A stretch of 54,378 nt of DNA from assembly GCA_030691775.1 (NCBI GenBank), contig JAUYDN010000102.1, positions 1-54,378 on the forward strand, written 5' to 3'. Made by a program: the position numbers and the translations under genes. This DNA comes from Dehalococcoidia bacterium (GTDB lineage: Bacteria; Chloroflexota; Dehalococcoidia; Dehalococcoidales; Fen-1064). Shown here one piece after another: positions 1-8,250 of this stretch. Position 1 is the first letter of the stretch. Every line of letters starts with the position of its first letter. The notes beneath the pieces were generated by a model, which saw only the letters and a list, made by a program, of their open reading frames with translations, was not told the DNA's origin and searched no databases.

Positions 1-399
1 CACGTCGAGGTGGTGACCAACATCATCCCCACGATGAATGATGATGACATTCAGCTCGAGGGCATCGCCCGCTGGATTCATGATAAACTCGGTGAGCTGA
101 CGCCGTGGCACGTGACCCGTTTCCATCCGGCTTACAATATCTCGCAATTAGCGCCCACGCCGCTTGCAACGCTGGAAAAAGCATATAGAATCGGCAAAAA
201 AGTCGGGCTAAAGTTTGTTTACCTGGGCAATGTGCCGGGTCACGCCAGCGAGACCACTACCTGTCCCGGGTGTGCCAAACTCGTGGTGGAGCGGCGCGGC
301 TACGAGACGTGGGTAACCGGCCTGGCAGGCTCGTGTTGCCGGCACTGCGGCGCCAATCTCAATTTCAGAACTGCCGCGCAGGGAGGTGAGAAGCGATGA
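1..399 (+). CDS. AmmeMemoRadiSam-system radical SAM enzyme, C-terminal part (5' end lies outside the window)
   Basis: Frame 1 is open from base 1 to TGA 397-399. The tail ([37 protein letters not shown]) looks like the C-terminal region of PflA-like radical SAM activases found beside Memo/AMMECR1 genes. The stop overlaps the next ATG (ATGA at 396-399). Confidence 0.7.
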   Translation, partial: HVEVVTNIIPTMNDDDIQLEGIARWIHDKLGELTPWHVTRFHPAYNISQLAPTPLATLEKAYRIGKKVGLKFVYLGNVPGHASETTTCPGCAKLVVERRGYETWVTGLAGSCCRHCGANLNFRTAAQGGEKR

Positions 400-1709
400 T
401 ACGTCAGCCATCGGTTGCCGGGCGGTTTTATCCGGGTTCGGCGCGGGAACTGCGCGCGCTTATCAAGAAAATGGTGGATGAAAAAGCGGAAAAAGAGGAC
501 GTCACCGGCTACTATGCTCCCCACGCCGGCTATCCCTATTCGGGACCGGTTGCCGGGGCAGTAGTCTCGCGGGTGAAGCTGACAGATACTATCGTCATCA
601 TGGGACCCACTCACACGGGGATGGGAGAACCTTTCAGCATCATGACAGAAGGCTCGTGGCGGACGCCGCTGGGTGACGTGGAAATCGATAGCGCGCTGGC
701 GGAGAAAATACTCGCCGGTTCATCTTATCTGAAATCGGACGTCGCGGCGCATATCGAGGAACACGCCATCGAGGTGCAACTGCCGTTTATCCAGTACTTC
801 AAGCCGGATTTTAAACTTGTCCCTATCGTCCTCTCACATGCCACCGCCGAGGTCTATAAAAGCATCGGGAAAAGCATTGCCAGGGCGATTAAGCAATCAG
901 GTAAGCCTGTGCTTATTGTTGCTTCGGGGGACATGACGCACTACGAACCACAGAAGACAGCGCGTGCCAAGGACATGAAAGCCGTAGAGGCGATGCTGAA
1001 GCTGGATGCCGTGGAACTGCTTTCACGGGTACAGAAGCTCGGCATCACGATGTGCGGCTATGCACCGGCGGCAGTGCTCATTTTCGCTGCCAAAGAGCTC
1101 GGCGCCAATACTGCTGAGCTCGTGAAGTACCAGACCAGCGGCGACACCACCGGCGATTATTCTGCCGTGGTCGGATATGCGGGTGTAGTCTTCAAACAAC
1201 GTCGGGAATCGCCGCAGGTCAGGCTGGCACGGGAAACCGTGGAAAGCTATACCCGGACACGTAAAGCTCCCGTTCTGAAATCGGTGATACCGGAAATGAG
1301 CGGACAGGCGGGCGTTTTCGTCTCTATCCACAAGGGAGAAGAACTGCGTGGTTGTATCGGCACGATTGGTGCGACGCAAGCAAACATTGCCGGGGAGATT
1401 ATCCAGAATGCCATCAGCGCGGCGACCCACGACCCGCGTTTCCCGCCGGTCTCCCCGGACGAGTTGCCGGAACTCAACTACAAGGTGGATGTGCTCACCG
1501 AGCCGGAGCCTGTTAAAGATGCGAGTCAACTCGACCCGAAGCGTTACGGGGCGATTGTGGAAGCGGGGTGGCGGCGGGGTCTACTCCTGCCGGACCTGGA
1601 AGGTGTCGATTCGGTGGAGCGCCAGCTCGAAATCTGCCGCGCCAAGGCGGGTATCGGGTACAATGAGCCGGTGAGACTATATCGATTTGAAGTGAAAAGA
1701 TATGTTTAA
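396..1709 (+). CDS. Fusion of Memo-like protein (AmmeMemoRadiSam protein B) and AMMECR1 domain (protein A), 437 aa
   Basis: The N-terminal half ([29 protein letters not shown]) is Memo/dioxygenase-like. The C-terminal half ([31 protein letters not shown]) is AMMECR1-like. It is one uninterrupted ORF, translationally coupled to the radical SAM gene. Confidence 0.8.
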   Translation: MIRQPSVAGRFYPGSARELRALIKKMVDEKAEKEDVTGYYAPHAGYPYSGPVAGAVVSRVKLTDTIVIMGPTHTGMGEPFSIMTEGSWRTPLGDVEIDSALAEKILAGSSYLKSDVAAHIEEHAIEVQLPFIQYFKPDFKLVPIVLSHATAEVYKSIGKSIARAIKQSGKPVLIVASGDMTHYEPQKTARAKDMKAVEAMLKLDAVELLSRVQKLGITMCGYAPAAVLIFAAKELGANTAELVKYQTSGDTTGDYSAVVGYAGVVFKQRRESPQVRLARETVESYTRTRKAPVLKSVIPEMSGQAGVFVSIHKGEELRGCIGTIGATQANIAGEIIQNAISAATHDPRFPPVSPDELPELNYKVDVLTEPEPVKDASQLDPKRYGAIVEAGWRRGLLLPDLEGVDSVERQLEICRAKAGIGYNEPVRLYRFEVKRYV

Positions 1710-1723
1710 ACATATCTTTTCAC
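1692..1723 (+). terminator. Perfect 32-nt palindrome spanning the stop codon (putative terminator or structured 3' end)
   Basis: GTGAAAAGATATGTTT|AAACATATCTTTTCAC has 16-nt perfect arms centred on the TAA at 1707-1709. The stem is AT-rich and has no classic U-tract. Confidence 0.4.
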
Positions 1724-1754
1724 TCTTATGAAAAATAACAGCCAATCGCATTCT

Positions 1755-1860
1755 GTCATCCTGGAGGAGTCCGTCCCGCCAATACTCCCGAAGAGCCTGC
1801 CCCGTACTTGATACGGGGACGACGAAGGATCTCAGGGTGGGGCGAGGAAGTCATTACCCC
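1755..1860 (+). repeat. Intergenic hairpin-repeat unit (GTCATYCTGGAGGAGTCC ... GACGACGAAGRATCTCAGGGTGGGG), forward copy
   Basis: It shares both end motifs with 3600-3680 (inverted), 35546-35685, 40048-40232, 48585-48632 and 54179-54228. It contains the inner hairpin CCCCGTACTTGATACGGGG. Confidence 0.7.
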
Positions 1861-2188
1861 TGGAAATACCATTAGCATTAGAGAGATAGGTTATTCGTGG
1901 CAGGTAGAACGATGGATTCCCGCTCAGAAACTGCCCCGTATGAGCGACTTCATCGCCATCCCGATTCAGTCGGGACTGGATACGGTGTCGGGAATGACAA
2001 GGGGGGCGAAGTTTTCATACTTCGTGGTGTCTCTGGCAAGAGACATGTAAGATTCTGAACGCTAAGAGTCATGAACCTGTTCGAATATCACAATGCGCGC
2101 AAAGAATCGACCCAGCTCAACCGGCGTATACGTTTGTTGAGGGCTGACCCCGGGTGGAACAGGAATCAGGGGAACATGGAGGATAAAA

Positions 2189-2770
2189 ATGCTGAAAGAC
2201 CTCGTGCTGAAGTGCCGCAGTTACCGCCGGTTTCATGAAGAAATCCACATCGATATGGCGGTACTGGAAGAACTGGTTGATGTGGCACGCGTCGTCGCCT
2301 CTGCTACCAATCGCCAGCCGCTCAAATACATCCTTTCCACCTCGCGAGAGCACAACGCACATGTATTTTCCTGTCTGCACTGGGCGGCGCTTCTCAAAGA
2401 CTGGCCCGGTCCGGCTGAAGGAGAACATCCTGCGGCTTACATCATTGTATTGGGAGATACAGAGGTAGTGCCTTCCTTCGGTGTCGACCATGGCATTGCG
2501 GCGCAGACGATTCTATTGGGGGCGGTAGAGAAGGGTTACGGTGGTTGCATGCTTGCGGCAGTCGACCGGGACGAACTGCGAAAACTTCTGGATATCTCCG
2601 CCCGGTTCAATATTCTGCTTGTCCTCGCGCTCGGCAAACCGAAAGAAACCGTTGTCATCGATACTCTCGAGCCAGGCGCGAGTACCAGTTACTGGCGGGA
2701 TGATGAGAGCGTCCACCACGTTCCCAAGCGACGGCTTGTTGACATAATAGTCGCCGAGTATAAAGAGTGA
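2189..2770 (+). CDS. Nitroreductase family protein, 193 aa
   Basis: GGAGGA lies 6 nt upstream of the ATG. The protein (RSYRRF..A..ASATNRQPL..ILLGAVEKGYGGCML) has the nitroreductase fold signature. Confidence 0.75.
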   Translation: MLKDLVLKCRSYRRFHEEIHIDMAVLEELVDVARVVASATNRQPLKYILSTSREHNAHVFSCLHWAALLKDWPGPAEGEHPAAYIIVLGDTEVVPSFGVDHGIAAQTILLGAVEKGYGGCMLAAVDRDELRKLLDISARFNILLVLALGKPKETVVIDTLEPGASTSYWRDDESVHHVPKRRLVDIIVAEYKE

Positions 2771-3599
2771 GCTCGGTGCTCCCTAGCGTGGTGTCCCATA
2801 AATTCGTTGAACAATAAGGCTGTCCTGAAAATGCCGGATTTACATAAATTGTCATTCTCCGCGAAGCCTGTCCCGTACTGCGATACGGGAGCGGGGAATC
2901 CAATAACACTTGATGGCGCGTTTGTTTAACTTGAGGATAATAATGTAACATATTTCCGAGACAGGACACTGGTGTAGTGTCTCGGAAATAACTTGACAAT
3001 TACACATGGAGTGTGGTGCCACGGACGAAATATGAAAATGATGGTTGCAAAGGGTGGGAAAGCAAGATGACTGCCAACTTGTACAAGGGAGTTGAGAGGG
3101 GCGTCAGCCCCTCTCAAAATAGTTCTTCCCCTTCTCTGCGGAGAAGGGGCAAGGGGATGAGGCGCTGTGTAAGAACTGGCATCTTTTACCTGTACTTGGC
3201 CAGGTACAAGTATTAAGAATTGTAAAGCTGTTATTGAGACACTCCACTAGCAATATTGACGAAAGTTTCGGGGGGTTGGGCTAAAGCCCGCCCCCCCCGC
3301 TCATGTTGTGTAACACAGATAATGAGAGCGTCTAGCAATGCACTATCGGCCAGCTTGTATACATTCAAAACTTGTCACTCCGGCCCCGATGAAAATCGGA
3401 GGAAGAGTCTTGCGATTACAAAGAGATTAAATTCATGCGGTTCGTCCTGATGTCTGACTTGTTCAGAATCGCTCATCCCGATTGAATCGAGACCACGTTG
3501 TAACGAAAAGCCTCACACAACTTGTCATTCCCGCCCCCGAGCGGGAATCCTTCTACCTACCACTGATAACCTATCTCTCTAATTCTAATGGAATTTCTT

Positions 3600-3680
3600 G
3601 GGGTAATGACTTCCTCGCCCCACCCTGAGATCCTTCGTCGTCCTTCGAAGTATTGGAGAGACGGACCCCTCCAGGATGAC
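3600..3680 (-). repeat. Intergenic hairpin-repeat unit, inverted copy of 1755-1860 (lacks the inner hairpin)
   Basis: GGGGTAATGACTTCCTCGCCCCACCCTGAGATCCTTCGTCGTCC...CTCCAGGATGAC is the reverse complement of the 1755-1860 element ends. Confidence 0.7.
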
Positions 3681-3797
3681 AAGCAAGGATATTCTCATAG
3701 TGGTGGTGATAATAATAAAAACCCTCAGGCAATATCTTTTGACTCCAGATACACACAATTGGTAAGATGCAGGAGATTAACACCTGGAGGAGATGAA

Positions 3798-4586
3798 ATG
3801 GAATACAAAACGATTCTGTTCGAAATCCGCGATAATGTCGCCCGCATTACCCTGAACCGTACGGACGCCGCCAACAGCCTGAATTCCGAGATGAGCAAAG
3901 ACCTGTTCTATGCATCCATCGAATGCAGTGAGAACCCGGCAGTCCGCGCCGTCCTGATAACCGGTAACGGGCGTTTCTTCTGTTCCGGTGGAGACCTCAA
4001 GTCGTTCAGTCAGCAGGGAGATGCATTACCAGCGCATCTTAAGGAGATGACCACCTATCTCCACGCCGCCATATCACGCTTTGTCCGCATGGATTCCCCC
4101 GTGATTGCCGCTGTCAACGGTACCGCCGCTGGCGCCGGGCTTTCAATTGTTTGCGCCTGCGACCTCGCGATTGCCGCCGAAAACGCCAGTTTCACCATGG
4201 CATACACGCGGGTGGGACTGGTACCGGACGGCTCGTCTACCTACTTTTTACCGCGCATTGTGGGAATCAAACGAGCGCTGGACCTGGCGTTGACGAACCG
4301 CGTGTTTACGGCACGGGAAGCGCTGGAGTGGGGGATAGTGAACAGGGTCGTGCCCGCCGAAAGATTGATGCCAGAAGCAGATTCACTTGCCGCCCAGTTT
4401 GTCAGTGGACCTAAAGAGGCACTGGGCAAAGCAAAGAAATTACTGTACTTGGGTATAAACAACTCGCTGGAGACCCAGATGGAGCTGGAAAGTCAGGAAA
4501 TCTCGGCAATAGTGCGTACAACAGACGCAAAGGAAGGGGTTAAAGCTTTCCTGGAGAAACGCCTCCCGAAGTACGGTGGGATTTAG
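3798..4586 (+). CDS. Enoyl-CoA hydratase/isomerase (crotonase) family protein, 262 aa
   Basis: The ATG at 3798 is preceded by GGAGGA (3786-3791). The protein reads MEYKTILFEIRDNVARITLNR..FCSGGDL..AAVNGTAAGAGL, a crotonase fold. The ORF-track start at 3588 runs through a repeat element and is not credible. Confidence 0.85.
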   Translation: MEYKTILFEIRDNVARITLNRTDAANSLNSEMSKDLFYASIECSENPAVRAVLITGNGRFFCSGGDLKSFSQQGDALPAHLKEMTTYLHAAISRFVRMDSPVIAAVNGTAAGAGLSIVCACDLAIAAENASFTMAYTRVGLVPDGSSTYFLPRIVGIKRALDLALTNRVFTAREALEWGIVNRVVPAERLMPEADSLAAQFVSGPKEALGKAKKLLYLGINNSLETQMELESQEISAIVRTTDAKEGVKAFLEKRLPKYGGI

Positions 4587-4634
4587 CCACCTTTCACCCT
4601 AAAATGGAGCTTTTTCACGGTCTATTTTCGATGC

Positions 4635-4663
4635 TTGACATGGTCGGTAAACTTGCTTATTAT
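4635..4663 (+). promoter_or_regulatory. Sigma70-like promoter for higBA
   Basis: TTGACA (4635-4640), a 17-nt spacer, then TATTAT (4658-4663), about 20 nt upstream of the GTG start at 4682. Confidence 0.5.
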
Positions 4664-4681
4664 AATCCATAAGGTGTAAGG

Positions 4682-4978
4682 GTGGATATTGAGTTCTCAT
4701 CCAATCGCCTGTTCAATTCAAGCATGAGCATTTCAGATGCCACCCGACTTTTCGGTGCACAAATTGGCCGAAAGTACATCCAACGTCTGGCAGTTTTGAG
4801 AGCGACGGAAAAATTCGCTCATCTATACGGACACCGGGCGTTGCGGTTACACCCGTTGAAAGGTAACCGTGCCGGACAGTATTCGATAGCTCTTACCGGT
4901 AACTACCGGCTTATTATCGAAAAGAGCCAAGAAGACAGTATACGTATTATGGATGTGGAGGATTATCATGGTGACTAA
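4682..4978 (+). CDS. higB: HigB-type toxin (plasmid maintenance system killer, RelE/ParE superfamily), 98 aa
   Basis: GTG start. LRLHPLKGNRAGQYSIALTGNYRLII..DVEDYH is the typical HigB/killer-protein signature. It overlaps the antitoxin gene. Confidence 0.85.
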   Translation: MDIEFSSNRLFNSSMSISDATRLFGAQIGRKYIQRLAVLRATEKFAHLYGHRALRLHPLKGNRAGQYSIALTGNYRLIIEKSQEDSIRIMDVEDYHGD

Positions 4979-5255
4979 GACTTCTGCTTATCCCGATATC
5001 GCTATACCTCCCGGTGAATACTTGGCAGAGGAAATCGAGGCGAGAGGGATTTCTCAAAAGGAACTGGCAAGGCGTATGGGACGACCTTTGAATGCTATTA
5101 ATGAGATTATTAACGGGAAGAAGTCCATCACCGCCGAAACTGCCCTGCAACTTGAAGCAGTTATGCCACAGATACCAGCACGGTTCTGGCTGAATCTGGA
5201 GATTGATTACCAGCTTACCAGGGCATTGATTAGCAAGCGTGTCAAAGCTGCTTAA
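4968..5255 (+). CDS. higA: HigA-type antitoxin, XRE-family HTH, 95 aa
   Basis: The ATG at 4968 overlaps the higB stop (4976-4978). PPGEYLAEEIEARGISQKELARRMGRPLNAINEIINGKKSITAETALQLE..FWLNLE matches HigA antidote proteins. Confidence 0.85.
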   Translation: MVTKTSAYPDIAIPPGEYLAEEIEARGISQKELARRMGRPLNAINEIINGKKSITAETALQLEAVMPQIPARFWLNLEIDYQLTRALISKRVKAA

Positions 5256-5338
5256 CAAGAGGGGCGAGACTGGAACGCCATCCGAAATTGGGCTAAACAG
5301 CTAGCGGCGTGAGTCTGGGTTTGGTGGCCACGGGAAGG

Positions 5339-6847
5339 TTATTGAGATGACGTGAACACAATAGTACTATCTTCCGGGCTTATCATGCCGGTTATTTCCA
5401 CATTCTCACCATCAAGCCAAACCTTAATTCCCATGCTTTCAATAAAGTCCCGCTTCGTGGCAAAGTCCGGGTCTTTAAGCTGCCGGCGCAGCAGTTCTAC
5501 GGTATGCTCTAGTTTCGGTACGTTGATAACAGCGTCATGGCTCGCCTTAATCTGTGCCCCAAGCTCGGTCTTTTGTGCCTTGAGCGTTTCCTTTGCCTTA
5601 TTCAGCCGCCTGTTTTCCGCCTCTACCTGGTCTTCCGGGAAGTCCTTTAGTGCCCACTGTAAAAGCTGGTGCTGCTCACGGTCTACCGCCTTCATCTGGC
5701 GCTCCACCCGCTCTAGTTCCGTCTCGAATACGCCTAGTTGGTTAGCGTCCTGACGCTGCTTTTCAAGCACACTAATTATCAGGTCACGGTCACTCAGATA
5801 GCGTTCAAGTTCGGTCCAAACCATGCCCTCTAGCTTATTGGCGTTCCAACTCTTATTCTTGCACCGTTCAACCGGCGCGGACATTTTGAGTTTACCCATA
5901 CAAGCATAGCGTTCCCCCGAACTGCCTACGAAAGCCTGCCCGCATTGACGGCAGCGTAAATGGCCTCGTAACAAGTATTCATGTTTACAATTTCGGATGC
6001 ACTTGTCTTGATTTACCTTTAATTGCTTTTGAGTAGCGTCATATAGTTCCCAGGGTATAATCGCTGGGGTTACGCCCGGTATTTCAATCCATTCTGATTT
6101 AGGCTTTCCGTATAACTTACCGTCCTTAGCGGTAAAGGCATAGGTTCGGCCGATATAGGCTTCATTCGTAAGTATGGCATGGACTGCCCGCTTGCTCCAT
6201 ATCTTCCCACACTTAGTAGGCGCGTCCAAAGCCCTCAAGCGGTAGGTGATTGCAGTGGTAGACAGCCCCTCATTAACTAGCCACTGATATATCTGCCTAA
6301 CCCATGACGTCTCAATTTTATTTATTACACGTCGCCCGCCATTCTCTTGTGATACCTTGATATAATCATAGCCATAGAGACCAAACCCATTACCAGCTAC
6401 AATCCGCCCCGCCTTTGCCCTGGCCCGCTTGCCACGTATGCAGCGCTCACGTATCTTCTCAGCCTCTACCTTTGAGGCATAACCGCGTATGTAGCTTATC
6501 AGTTTGCCAAGCTCTGAATTGTCCACGTCCTCGGTGACGGTTTCCAGTTTGACGCCATGCTTTTCAAGTTCCTGTGTGATTATGACGCCATGACCTGGGT
6601 CACGCGATAGTCGGTCAAGGGAATAGCAGACAACAACGTCTATTTGCTCATTCCTTACCAGTTCCCGCAGCTTGTCCAACTCCGGGCGCTCCAGTGAAAG
6701 TCCGGAATATGCCTCATGATAGCGGTAAGCCACTTCATAGCCCTTTTCGTGGCAGTATTTAAGGCATGCTTCTAGCTGTGTCTGTAAAGACGTGCCCTCA
6801 CGCTCTTGATTGTCTGTACTTACCCTGCAATAGATAGCGCCTTTCAT
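5339..6847 (-). CDS. Large serine recombinase/integrase, 502 aa
   Basis: It has the resolvase catalytic N-terminus MKGAIYCRVSTDNQ, a recombinase domain, a zinc-ribbon (CRQCGQAF..YAC) and a C-terminal coiled coil. GGAG lies upstream of the ATG. Confidence 0.9.
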   Translation of the reverse strand: MKGAIYCRVSTDNQEREGTSLQTQLEACLKYCHEKGYEVAYRYHEAYSGLSLERPELDKLRELVRNEQIDVVVCYSLDRLSRDPGHGVIITQELEKHGVKLETVTEDVDNSELGKLISYIRGYASKVEAEKIRERCIRGKRARAKAGRIVAGNGFGLYGYDYIKVSQENGGRRVINKIETSWVRQIYQWLVNEGLSTTAITYRLRALDAPTKCGKIWSKRAVHAILTNEAYIGRTYAFTAKDGKLYGKPKSEWIEIPGVTPAIIPWELYDATQKQLKVNQDKCIRNCKHEYLLRGHLRCRQCGQAFVGSSGERYACMGKLKMSAPVERCKNKSWNANKLEGMVWTELERYLSDRDLIISVLEKQRQDANQLGVFETELERVERQMKAVDREQHQLLQWALKDFPEDQVEAENRRLNKAKETLKAQKTELGAQIKASHDAVINVPKLEHTVELLRRQLKDPDFATKRDFIESMGIKVWLDGENVEITGMISPEDSTIVFTSSQ

Positions 6848-6921
6848 ATTAGCTCTCCTTTCAATTCAGCAAGTCCCGCCACAAGACCGCTTGATACTCA
6901 GCCTCGGATTTTGCCTCAGCC

Positions 6922-7029
6922 CTTGCCCTGGCAGTGGTTACGGCAACAAACCTCAAGCTGCGTCTGTAGGCTCGTGCCTTCCCTTTCCTGGTTGTCTGTG
7001 CTTACCCGGCAATAGATAGCCGCTTTCAT
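6922..7029 (-). pseudogene. 5' remnant of a second, diverged serine recombinase gene (first 26 codons, then out-of-family sequence and a stop)
   Basis: Reverse strand: GGAGAC-N8-ATG AAA GCG GCT ATC TAT TGC CGG GTA AGC ACA GAC AAC CAG... encodes MKAAIYCRVSTDNQEREGTSLQTQLE. It is 25/26 identical to the intact recombinase, but about 12 codons differ synonymously. Confidence 0.6.
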
Positions 7030-7099
7030 TTATTTAGTCTCCTCACTCTTCAATTTCTGACTGGGTATAGCCTAGAAGATGTTTCTCTGTAGATGAAAT

Positions 7100-7405
7100 C
7101 TAGGCGGGTGGGTTAAATCTGCTTTTGCCTTGGTATTGCCAGAGATAAGCCTGTAGCACACTCTTGATGTAAAAGAGTCGAAAACCCACGGTGCATGGAC
7201 GTACTCCGTTGAGCACTTCTATAAGGAGGTCGGCATTGTAGTCGTCATAAAGCACGTACCCTCTACGGCTAACAGCCTCTTTTGCCACCTCAAGAATCCG
7301 TTGTGGACTGAGCCCGTAGTTGCTCGTCTCATTTTTCAAAAATGCCTCGACTAGTGCCCTAGCCTGTTGAGCCCAAACTGTGTCTTTTGATTTCGCATCT
7401 GCCAT
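7100..7405 (-). CDS. Hypothetical protein, 101 aa
   Basis: It is an intact ORF with AAGGAG upstream and its own promoter-like element. I recognised no family. Confidence 0.5.
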   Translation of the reverse strand: MADAKSKDTVWAQQARALVEAFLKNETSNYGLSPQRILEVAKEAVSRRGYVLYDDYNADLLIEVLNGVRPCTVGFRLFYIKSVLQAYLWQYQGKSRFNPPA

Positions 7406-7449
7406 TAGTATGTCGTCTCCTTATTCAGTATTTTAATGCTATGCATTGT

Positions 7450-7478
7450 ATCGTAAAGCATTGCATTGTAATTGTCAA
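7450..7478 (-). promoter_or_regulatory. Sigma70-like promoter with a 9-bp direct-repeat operator candidate
   Basis: Minus strand: TTGACA (7478-7473), a 17-nt spacer, then TACGAT (7455-7450). TGCATTGTA occurs twice (7442-7450 and 7462-7470), 20 bp apart, overlapping the -10 and the spacer. Confidence 0.45.
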
Positions 7479-7680
7479 GCTTTTTCAAATGCTTTGCCCT
7501 AAATAATTGACTGCTTATTTTTAGCTTCAGGTTTTAATCTCATACCCCTTCAGAGTAATAATTGCCCGGAAGTTTATTTGTTCCGTATCCTCTCACTTGT
7601 AATAGCCTCTGCTAAAATCGTTCCTTTATTTGTTTATCGCTTCCAAGCCTGCGACTTCAGGCGTATTCTTGACCGATGGT

Positions 7681-8250
7681 TTATTTAGTCTCAATGGCGT
7701 TCCTCAAGTCCGCCTCTGACGGCTGGTAATATTGCAGTGTGATTCCTAATGAACTGTGTCCCATGAGTTTCGATAGCACGTACGGATGTACGCCCTTTCC
7801 TGCCTTATCGTAGACAAAGCCGTGGCGGAAGCTGTGCGGATGTATCTTCTGCCAGTTCTCAATGCCGGCTTTTCGCGCCAGTTCGCGCACCTGATATCGG
7901 TATGCGTTCTCATGGCCGGGGAATAACAGCGCCGATGGTTTCAGGTCCGCCGACTGTACGTAGTCGTCGAGGGACTGGCCCAATTCCCGCGGGACCGGCA
8001 ATAGTTCCGGCTGGGCTCTTCGCCTTTTGCTTCTAGTGATGCTCAGTGAGTAGTCCAGTCCCACTCGGCGAACATCCCGCGCCGTGAGCCTTAAGACTTC
8101 CGATATCCGTAGCCCCGTGAACCAGAGCACCTTGATAAAGCATCGAATACGCGGCGTCTTGGCTTCCGTCCAGATTGCCATAGCCTCACGTTCATTGACG
8201 TGGGGATACTCTTTTATCTGTGTCCCTGGTAGAGCTGGTAAGTAGGACAT
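7681..8250 (-). CDS. Tyrosine recombinase (phage-integrase catalytic domain only), 189 aa
   Basis: It has TGLRISE (Arg), HPHSFRHGF (H-x-x-R) and LMGHSSLGITLQYY (His and the Tyr nucleophile). No N-terminal core-binding domain is present. Confidence 0.85.
   Translation of the reverse strand: MSYLPALPGTQIKEYPHVNEREAMAIWTEAKTPRIRCFIKVLWFTGLRISEVLRLTARDVRRVGLDYSLSITRSKRRRAQPELLPVPRELGQSLDDYVQSADLKPSALLFPGHENAYRYQVRELARKAGIENWQKIHPHSFRHGFVYDKAGKGVHPYVLSKLMGHSSLGITLQYYQPSEADLRNAIETK

Noticed and set aside
1808-2050. 80-aa plus-strand ORF upstream of the nitroreductase gene
   Set aside because: It starts inside the 1755-1860 repeat element, has no RBS, and has repeat-derived composition.
3588-3797. 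N-terminal 70-codon extension of the enoyl-CoA hydratase ORF
   Set aside because: The extension is the translated 3600-3680 repeat. A strong GGAGGA plus ATG at 3798 gives the canonical crotonase N-terminus.
5256-5338. A tRNA or tmRNA gene as integration target next to the serine recombinase
   Set aside because: No cloverleaf-compatible sequence or T-loop (GGTTCRANYC) motif is visible here or in 20970-21437. No tRNA was recognised anywhere in the window.
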